A stretch of 64,000 nt of DNA from Octopus sinensis (Eukaryota), in the NCBI RefSeq assembly GCF_006345805.1, contig NC_043026.1, forward strand, positions 14,177,579-14,241,578. Reading direction: 5' to 3'. Under the pieces are notes generated by a model. The model made no database searches, had not been told where the DNA came from, and saw nothing but the letters and a program-made list of their open reading frames with translations. Below are positions 54,951-64,000 of this stretch, one piece after another. Each line of letters opens with the position of its first letter. Position 1 is the first letter of the stretch. The position numbers and the translations under genes were made by a program.

Positions 54951-55054
54951 GACATTCACTGAGAATATTGGATTAACTGAGTATAGCAAATTTTAACTTA
55001 CTTGAGTTTCAACGTAGCTGGCCAGCATTGATAGTGAATTAACTTTGTATATTG

Positions 55055-55646
55055 TGGAGGCATATGGCCTAGTGGTTGGAGCAGCGGTCAAGGGATCGCG
55101 GGTTCGAATCTCGGACCGGGCGATATTTAAGAAATATAAAAGAAATTAAAATATACGCACTGTGACCTCATGCCAGAAACAGCAATAAAGTGCCTACAGT
55201 TTTATGTTCTTTTATAAATAAACATTGAAAGGTTGTTAGAGCAGCGGACTCACGGTCAGGTGATCGCGGGTTCGAATCTCAGACCGGACGATGTGTGTGT
55301 TTATGAGGGAAACACCTAAGCTCCACGCGGCTCCGGCGGAAAGTAATGGCGAAACTTCTGCTGATTCTTTTGCCACAACTTTGGTGGAGGCACATGGCCT
55401 AGTGGTTAGAGCAGCGGACTCGCAGTCCAGGGATCGTGTTCGAATCTCAGACCGGGCGATGTGTGTGTTTATGAGCGAAACGCCTAAGCTCCACGCGGCT
55501 CCGGCAGAAGGTAATGGCGAAACTTCTGCTCACTCTTTCGCCACAACTTTCTCTCACTCTTTCCTCCTGCATCTTGCGGCTCACCTGTGACGGACTGGCG
55601 TCCTGTCCAGGTGGGGTAACCTATACGCCAAAGAAACCGGGAAGCC
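55055..55646 (+). mobile_element. Cluster of family B-related SINE copies with a different 3' body
   Basis: Heads such as GGAGGCACATGGCCTAGTGGTTAGAGCAGCGGACTCG...GTTCGAATCTC, followed by GAAACRCCTAAGCTCCACG. Confidence 0.7.
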
Positions 55647-56970
55647 GGTCACAGATGCTAGGTTACATACACTCGGGAGCAGACATAATGGCAGGCACGT
55701 GAGTGTACACACACACATACACACTCACACACAATCACACTTACACACACTCACACACACTCACATACACTCACACACACTCACACACACTCTCACACAC
55801 ACTCACACACACACACTCACATACACTCACACACACATACACACTCACACACACTCACTCACACACATACACACACACTCACACACTCGCACACACATAC
55901 ACACTCACTCACACACACTCACACACACACTCACACACACATATACACACTCACACACACACACACTCACTCACACATGGCTCGAGAATGAACAACCTTT
56001 GTATATTCCTGTACTCCAAAATTGTATTTAAGTACTAAATTTGTTCGACGCACGCCTAAGACTTAATCAATCACTTAAATATCTAAGCAACTAAATATCT
56101 AAGCAACTAAATGTCTAAGCAACTAAATATCTAAGCAACTAAATGTCTAAGCAACTAAATGTCTAAGCAACTAAATATCTAAGCAACTAAATATCTAAGC
56201 AATTAACTGGTCGTCCGTTTGCTGAGGTTGTTGTTTAAACAATTAATTGTTTGTCGAAGTTCTTTGGTTGCTATTCGTAACCTTATCAATGGCAGACTTC
56301 CCCACCCTTCACACTCAATGTCAACCCCCACCCCCGAGAATTAAGTTTATGCCTGTGTGCGTGTATGTGTGTATGTGTGTATGTGTGTATGTAGGTGTGT
56401 GGTAGATTACAAAGGAAAGAAAGGGTGAGATAATCGAAGAATGTCCCTGTGGTGTGTGTGTCTGTGTGTGTGTGAGTGTGTGTGTGTGAGTGTGTGTGTG
56501 TGAGTGAGTATGTGTGTGAGTGAGTGTGTGTGAGTGTGTGTGTGAGTGTGTGTGAGTGTGTGTGAGTGTTTATGTGTGTGTGAGTGTGTGAGTGTGTGAG
56601 TGTGTGTGTGAGTGTGTATGTGTGTGTGAGTGAGTGTGTGAGTGTGTGAGTGTGTGTGAGTGTGTATGTGTGTGAGTGTGTATGTGTGTGTGAGTGTATG
56701 TGTGAGTGTGTGTGAGTGTATATGTGTGTGAGTGAGTGTGTGTGAGTGTGTGAGTGTGTATGTATGAGTGTGTGTATGTGAGTGTGTGTGTGAGTGTGTG
56801 TGAGTGTGTGTGAGCGTGTGTGTGAGAATGTGTGTGAGTGTGTATGTGTGTGTGAGTGTATGTGAGTGTGTGTGTGAGTGTGAGTGTGTATGTGTGTGTG
56901 TGTGTGTGTACACTCACGTGCCTGCCATTATGTCTGCTCCCGAGCGTATGTAACCTAACCATCTGTGACC
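55647..56970. mobile_element. Foldback-like element: ~60-bp unique TIRs extended by inverted CA/TG microsatellite arms, with an internal 16-bp minisatellite
   Basis: GGTCACAGATGCTAGGTTACATAC...GTGAGTGTAC at 55647, with its reverse complement ending at 56970. AAATRTCTAAGCAACT repeats at about 56078-56205. Confidence 0.75.
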
Positions 56971-57716
56971 TAGTTCAATGTTCGTCTTCTTTTGTGAAGG
57001 CCAGCCCGGTCTTAGATCTGCCAGGGATTGATTGCCGCGCTTAGATTTATGAGCGAAGTTCGTTGCATGTGGAGGGGGAAAGGTTGCGAAAATAGGGTTG
57101 GTGTTTATGTGTATGTGTGTCCGCGCACGATTTTGTATGATCTAATGTGTATGAGGCGCAATGGCCCAGTGGTTAGGGCAGCGGACTCGCGGTCATAGGA
57201 TCGTGGTTTCGATTCCCAGACCGGGCGTTGTGAGTGTTTATTGAGCGAAAACACCTAAAAAGCTCCACGAGGCTCCGGCAGGGGATGGTGGTGATCCCTG
57301 CTGTACTCTTTCACCACAACTTTCTCTCACTTTTACTTCCTGTTTCTGTTGTACCTGTATTTCAAGGGGCCGGCCTTGGCACTCTCTGTGTCACGCTGAA
57401 TATCCCCGAGAACTGCGTTAAGGGTACACGTGTCTGTGGAGTGCTCAGCCACTTACACGTTAATTTCACGAGCAGGCTGTTCTGTTGATTCGGATCAACC
57501 GGAACCCTCATCGTCGTAACCGACGGAGTGCTTCCACATGTGGAGGGGGAAAGGTTGCGAAAATAGGGGGAATGTTTATGTGTATGTGTGCGCGCGCACG
57601 ATTTTGTATGATCTAATGTGCGTGTAGCAATTGAGTCGGTTCTGTGAATGTATTTGCTCGAATGGGTCCAGGTGAGAATATGTGTTTACTTCTGTGTGTG
57701 TGTGCATTCATATGTG

Positions 57717-60700
57717 GGATCTTTTCGGTTTGGACGGCAGTTTTTAACATAATTTCTAGGTAACTAAAAAATGTTAAACTTCGTATACTGGTAGAATGTG
57801 TTTATAAAACATCTTTTTCTCTTGGCTTTATTGAGAAAATTCTATAGTTTGTAAGATATGGATCTTTTCGGTTTGAACGGCAGTTTTTAACATAATTTCT
57901 AGGTAACTAAAAAATTTTAAACTTCGTATACTGGTAGAATGTGTTTATAAAACATCTTTTTCTCTTGGCTTTATTGAGAAAATTCTATAGTTTGCAAGAT
58001 ATGGATCTTTTCGCTTTGAACGGCAGTTTTTAACATAATTTCTAGGTAACTAAAAGATTTTAAACTTCGTATACTGGTAGAATGTGTTTATAAAACATCT
58101 TTTTCTCTTGGCTTTATTGAGAAAATTCTATAGTTTCTAAGATATGGATCTTTTCGGTTTGAACGGCAGTTTTTAACATGATTTCTAGGTAACTAAAAGA
58201 TTTTAAACTTCGTATACTTCGTAGTGTAGAATGTGTTTATAAAACATCTTTTTCTCTTGGCTTTATTGAGAAAATTCTAGAGTTTCTAAGATATGGATCT
58301 TTTCGGTTTGAACGGCAGTTTTTAACATAATTTCTAGGTAACTAAAAGATTTTAAACTTCGTATACTGGGTTAGAATGTGTTTATAAAACATCTTTTTCT
58401 TTTGGCTTTATTGAGAAAATTCTATAGTTTGCAAGATATGGATCTTTTCGGTTTGAACGGCAGATTTTAACATAATTTCTAGGTAACTAAAAAATTTTAA
58501 ACTTCGTATACTGGTAGAATAGTGTGTGTTTATAAAACATCTTTCTCTTGCCTTTATTGAGAAAATTCTATAGTTTGCAAGATATGGATCTTTTCGGTTT
58601 GAACGGCAGTTTTTAACATAATTTCTAGGTAACTAAAAGATTTAAAACTTCGTATACTGGTAGAATGTGTTTATAAAACATCTTTTTCTCTTGCCTTTAT
58701 TGAGAAAATTCTATAGTTTGCAAGATATGGATCTTTTGGGTTTGAACGGCAGATTTTAACATAATTTCTAGGTAACTAAAAAATTTTAAACTTCGTATAC
58801 TGGTAGAATGTGTTTATAAAACATCTTTTTCTCTTGGCTTTATTGAGAAAATTCTATAGTTTCTAAGATATGGATCTTTTCGGTTGTTTGAACGGCAGTT
58901 TTTAACATAATTCTAGGAACTAACTAAAAGATTTTAAACTTCGTATACTGGTAGAATGTGTTTATAAAACATCTTTTTCTCTTGGCTTTATTGAGAAAAT
59001 TCTATAGTTTGTAAGATATGGATCTTTTCGGTTTGAACGGCAGTTTTTAACATAATTTCTAGGTAACTAAAAGATTTTAAACTTCGTATACTGGTAGAAT
59101 GTGTTTATAAAACATCTTTTTCTCTTGGCTTTATTGAGAAAATTCTATAGTTTCTAAGATATGGATCTTTTCGGTTTGAACGGCAGTTTTTAACATAATT
59201 TCTAGGTAACTAAAAGATTTAAAACTTCGTATACTGGTAGAATGTGTTTATAAAACATCTTTTTCTCTTGGCTTTATTGAGAAAATTCTATAGTTTGTAA
59301 GATATGGATCTTTTCGCTTTGAACGGCAGTTTTTAACATAATTTCTAGGTAACTAAAAGATTTTAAACTTCGTATACTCGTAGAATGTGTTTATAAAACA
59401 TCTTTTTCCCTTGGCTTTATTGAGAAAATTCTATAGTTTGTAAGATATGGATCTTTTCGGTTTGAACGGCAGTTTTTAACATAATTTCTAGGTAACTAAA
59501 AGATTTTAAACTTCGTATACTGGTAGAATGTGTTTATAAAACATCTTTTTCTCTTGGCTTTATTGAGAAAATTCTAGAGTTTCTAAGATATGGATCTTTT
59601 CGGTTTGAACGGCAGTTTTTAACATAATTTCTAGGTAACTAAAAGATTTTAAACTTCGTATACTGGTAGAATGTGTTTATAAAACATCTTTTTCTCTTGG
59701 CTTTATTGAGAAAATTCTATAGTTTGTAAGATATGGATCTTTTCGGTTTGAACGGCAGTTTTTAACATAATTTCTAGGTAACTAAAAGATTTTAAACTTC
59801 GTATACTGGTAGAATGTGTTTATAAAACATCTTTTTCTCTTGGCTTTATTGAGAAAATTCTATAGTTTCTAAGATATGTATCTTTTCGGTTTGAACGGCA
59901 GTTTTTAACATAATTTCTAGGTAACTAAAAGATTTTAAACTTCGTATACTGGTAGAATGTGTTTATAAAACATCTTTTTCTCTTGGCTTTATTGAGAAAA
60001 TTCTATAGTTTCTAAGATATGGATCTTTTCGGTTTGAACGGCAGTTTTTAACATAATTTCTAGGTAACTAAAAGATTTTAAACTTCGTATACTGGTAGAA
60101 TGTGTTTATAAAACATCTTTTTCTCTTGGCTTTATTGAGAAAATTCTATAGTTTCTAAGATATGGATCTTTTCGGTTTGAACGGCAGTTTTTAACATAAT
60201 TTCTAGGTAACTAAAAGATTTTAAACTTCGTATACTGGTAGAATGTGTTTATAAAACATCTTTTTCTCTTGCCTTTATTGAGAAAATTCTATAGTTTGCA
60301 AGATATGGATCTTTTCGGTTTGAACGGCAGATTTTAACATAATTTCTAGGTAACTAAAAAATTTTAAACTTCGTATACTGGTAGAATGTGTTTATAAAAC
60401 ATCTTTTTCTCTTGCCTTTATTGAGAAAATTCTATAGTTTGCAAGATATGGATCTTTTCGGTTTGAACGGCAGATTTTAACATAATTTCTAGGTAACTAA
60501 AAAAATTTAAACTTCGTATACTGGTAGAATGTGTTTATAAAACATCTTTTTCTCTTGCCTTTATTGAGAAAATTCTATAGTTTGCAAGATATGGATCTTT
60601 TCGGTTTGAACGGCAGATTTTAACATAATTTCTAGGTAACTAAAAAATTTTAAACTTCGTATACTGGTAGAATGTGTTTATAAAACATCTTTTTCTCTTG

Positions 60701-60769
60701 CCTTTATTGAGAAAATTCTATAGTTTGCAAGATATGGATCTTTTCGGTTTGAACGGCAGATTTTAACAT
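57717..60769. repeat. 143-bp satellite, about 21 copies, derived from a MITE terminus
   Basis: Unit GGATCTTTTCGGTTTGAACGGCAG...GTAAGATAT (57717, 57860, ...) is the reverse complement of 43809-43951. Confidence 0.95.
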
Positions 60770-62509
60770 TGTAAGAACCATGAACGCACGTGGTCGCATT
60801 GTGCAGGAAATACGATCGCACGTGGTCATATTCTTAATGATTTTTTTATAAGCCATAAATACATGCAGTACAAAAAGAACATAGGTGAATTGACGACAAA
60901 GCCGTTCCACTGTTTGAGAGAAGATAAGCTTTTATTTACAATTAGTGTTAAGGTTGAAAGTTGTGAGTGCTATCAAGTGCGTATGTGCATGCAACACGTG
61001 TTTGTGTCTGTGTGTTCGTGTGTGTGACAGATACAATAAGGGTGAAAGCGTGTGACATAGTAGGTACAGAGCATAGAGTTAATGATGGAAATTGATTTAC
61101 TGTTCATGAGGTTCACGAAGTGTAAGCGTTCGATATCAAGATGTTGTGTCTCGAAGCTGACATTAGTTGAATCACTTGTGCCTATCTTTCTCTTGATATA
61201 GATATTCTTTCAGATATATATACTGCAACTGTTTTTCCGTGGTGAGATTTTCACCTAACAGCATGAGTTGAATCTGTAGTTATCTTGTGTACAAGTTAAA
61301 TCTTCGTAGATAGAGACGATGTTGGCGATGACGTTATGTCTGTCGCTTGGTTTACTATAGCGTCTTCATATCATGTTTTGCTTGGTTATTTTTCTCTTGA
61401 TATAGATATTCTTCCAGAAAAAACTGCCGTTTGACTTGTTCTTCTTTTCGGATTATGGCTGCTGTTGCTTAGTAAGTGGGATTGACTCAGTGCACAGCCT
61501 TTCCTCACTTTAAAAAGAAATCTTCTTGCACAGGCATTGCACGATATCAACATTGATTAAGCTTCGTGCAATGTCCATACTCGATAACGAGGGGGCAGCC
61601 ACCATGTATGTATGTACGCATAGGTACACACGTAGACGAGGGTCGACTCACATGAAAAAGAAAGTGAACAAAACAATATGATCACTTGCCTATCGGAAAA
61701 TTTACAAAGTTGGATTAAAGTTGGAATAATGGATACAGTGGAGGCGCAATGGCCCAGTGGTTAGGGCAGCGGACTCGCGGTCGTAGGATCGCGGTTTCGA
61801 TTCCCAGACCGGGCGTTGTGAGTGTTTATTGAGCGAAAACACCTAAAAGCTCCACGAGGCTCCGGCAGGGGATGGTGGTGGTGATCCCTGCTGTACTCTT
61901 TCACCACAACTTTCTCTCACTCTTACTTCCTGTTTCTGTTGTACCTGTATTTCAAAGGGTCGGCCTTGTCACTCTCTGTGTCACGCTGAATATCCCCGAG
62001 AACTACATTAAGGGTACACGTGTCTGTGGAGTGCTCAGCCACTTACACGTTAATTTCACGAGCAGGCTTCGATTCTCAGACCGTGTGTTGTGAGAGTTTA
62101 TTGAGCGAAAACACCTAAAAGCTCCACGAGGCTCCGGCAGGGGATTGTGGTGATCCCTGTTGTACTCTTTCACCACAACTTTCTCTCACTCTTACTTCCT
62201 GTTTCTGTTGTACCTGTATTTCAAAGGGGCCGGCCTTGTCACTCTCTGTGTCACGCTGAATATCCCCGAGAACTACGTTAAGGGTACACGTGTCTGTGGA
62301 GTGCTCAGCCACTTACACGTTAATTTCACGGGCAGGCTGTTCCGTTGATTTGGATCAACCGGAACCCTCATCGTCGTAACCGACGGAGTGCTTCCCTCCC
62401 TCCTCCAATGGATACATGTCATAGCAATTAAATGCATTTCATTGTTTTTAATGAAATTATAAGTGAAATATTCTTATCTGTTTCAGGTTTGCTGCGAGTT
62501 ACGAAAGAA

Positions 62510-64000
62510 ATGAACAGAAAGCTATTGTTTCCAATTCTGTCCACGTGCTCCATCATTTCCACGTATCTTGTATGGAATTTCAGTCTCAACAATGACAATT
62601 TTAAACAATTAATCAAAACACACTTTACATACTTGGTTGATTCAGAAACGTGTCGGATTCCCAATATCGACCCATTCGACATTTCCGTACGTAAATATAT
62701 CTCGATACGTAAATGGCGACCGTGTCCGGGAGGTTCTTCTTTGACGTACCAAGAGGATAATACGTTGAAAATTAATAAATCTGTTATCAAACAACACTAT
62801 GAAAACAATTTTCATTCATGCAAAATATATCCAATTGTGCGGAATGATGTTGACGATGATCATATCGACTACCTGAAAGAGTCGTTACAGTTTAAAACAG
62901 ACGTGAATATATCGCATGAATTTATAAAAGTTCAATGTTTTAATAGAGATAACAAAACAATTTACACGAATTTCCATGCCTTTGTCCAGAGGAAGGAATT
63001 ACTGCACAAAAATAGATCAAGGAATACACATGACAATGTCAATAGCTCTTCAAAAAACATTCATTTTACAAATTTTGTCGATAAAGAAAACAAGCTTTTG
63101 CTAAATGTTCTTTTAATAGGAATTGATTCAGTTTCGCGATTGAACTTCATACGACAAATGCCTCTAACTCGTCAGTTTTTATTAAACCATGGTGCTGTCG
63201 AAATGTTTGGTTATAATAAAGTGGCTGATAATACATTTCCTAATATGGTGCCGTTCCTTACTGGTAAATACGTAGAAGAACTACCTGGATCAGAGAATCT
63301 GAAATCGAAACCATTCGATGAATACGATATAATTTGGAAACACTATAAAAAATCTGGTTACGTTACTATGTTTGCAGAAGATTCAACATCGGGCGCAATG
63401 TTTAACTATTTGAGATACGGCTTTATGAAACAACCGACTGATCATTATTTCAGACCTTTTGCGCTAGAAAGAGAGAAACAAAGTTCCTTTTGGTCAAATA
63501 ATGGGTTTTGTTTTGGTAATCGGATGGAACCAGCTATTGAGTTACAGTATACATACGATTTTATGAAAGTCTATAAAGATAAGCCATATTTCATTTTAAC
63601 GTTCATTACACGCATTTCACATGATGACATGAATGACGCTGGGCGGGGAGATTTTGAATATCTGAGGTTCCTTGAGAAATCATTTAGTCAAGATCTACTA
63701 AACAATACTATTTTGCTTTTCTTTTCTGATCACGGAATTAGATTTGGTTCATTTCGTAAGACTTATGTTGGTCGACTGGAAGAACGGCTTCCTGCTATGT
63801 ATGTACTTCCGCCCGAATGGTTCAGAGATGGATTTCCTACTTTATGGAATAATCTTAAAGCAAACAGCTACCGATTGACGACACAATTCGACATATATGA
63901 AACCCTACAAGATATCTTAGAGATCGAAAAAGCAGCAGAACATTCTAAATCTAATGAGATCGACTATAGAAATCTAAAACGCATCAGCCTCTTCAAAAAG
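62510..64000 (+). CDS. DUF229 family protein (alkaline phosphatase/sulfatase-like fold) with an N-terminal membrane anchor, 3'-partial
   Basis: Manual translation: MNRKLLFPILSTCSIISTYLVW..CRIPNIDPF..NVLLIGIDSVSRLNFIRQMP..GYNKVADNTFPN..FFSDHGIRFG..LEERLP..RLTTQFDIYETL. No stop was seen before the window end. An acceptor TTTCAG ends at 62486. Confidence 0.9.
   Translation, partial: MNRKLLFPILSTCSIISTYLVWNFSLNNDNFKQLIKTHFTYLVDSETCRIPNIDPFDISVRKYISIRKWRPCPGGSSLTYQEDNTLKINKSVIKQHYENNFHSCKIYPIVRNDVDDDHIDYLKESLQFKTDVNISHEFIKVQCFNRDNKTIYTNFHAFVQRKELLHKNRSRNTHDNVNSSSKNIHFTNFVDKENKLLLNVLLIGIDSVSRLNFIRQMPLTRQFLLNHGAVEMFGYNKVADNTFPNMVPFLTGKYVEELPGSENLKSKPFDEYDIIWKHYKKSGYVTMFAEDSTSGAMFNYLRYGFMKQPTDHYFRPFALEREKQSSFWSNNGFCFGNRMEPAIELQYTYDFMKVYKDKPYFILTFITRISHDDMNDAGRGDFEYLRFLEKSFSQDLLNNTILLFFSDHGIRFGSFRKTYVGRLEERLPAMYVLPPEWFRDGFPTLWNNLKANSYRLTTQFDIYETLQDILEIEKAAEHSKSNEIDYRNLKRISLFKK

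Noticed and set aside
57153-57228. tRNA genes (also near 50784, 55055, 55385, 61740)
   Set aside because: The A/B-box heads run directly into repeated SINE bodies, several with TSDs, and I could not fold a complete cloverleaf with an acceptor stem.

Overview
AT-rich, microsatellite- and SINE-saturated eukaryotic DNA. The repeat landscape is what I associate with an Octopus-like coleoid cephalopod (inference). Three protein-coding loci are supported. (1) A two-exon GT10 alpha-1,3-fucosyltransferase (minus strand, join 6838..5895 and 4394..4073, 421 aa), with a nonsense-disrupted exon-1 duplicate inserted into a CR1-like LINE and an orphan exon-2 duplicate. (2) A secreted thermolysin/vibriolysin-type M4 zinc metalloprotease with bacterial-style architecture, reconstructed as a spliced two-exon gene (join 28782..28830 and 37454..39303, 632 aa). 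(3) A DUF229 membrane-anchored protein starting at 62510 and running off the window end, absent from the ORF track. The rest is mobile DNA: three tRNA-derived SINE families, often in tandem arrays, plus non-autonomous Helitrons, mariner remnants, MITE/foldback elements, R4/Dong-like and CR1-like LINE fragments, and three satellites, each derived from or housed in a transposon. The most unusual signal is a tandem array at 8764..9833 whose units carry a minimal hammerhead-ribozyme fold with a swapped G3-C8 core pair.
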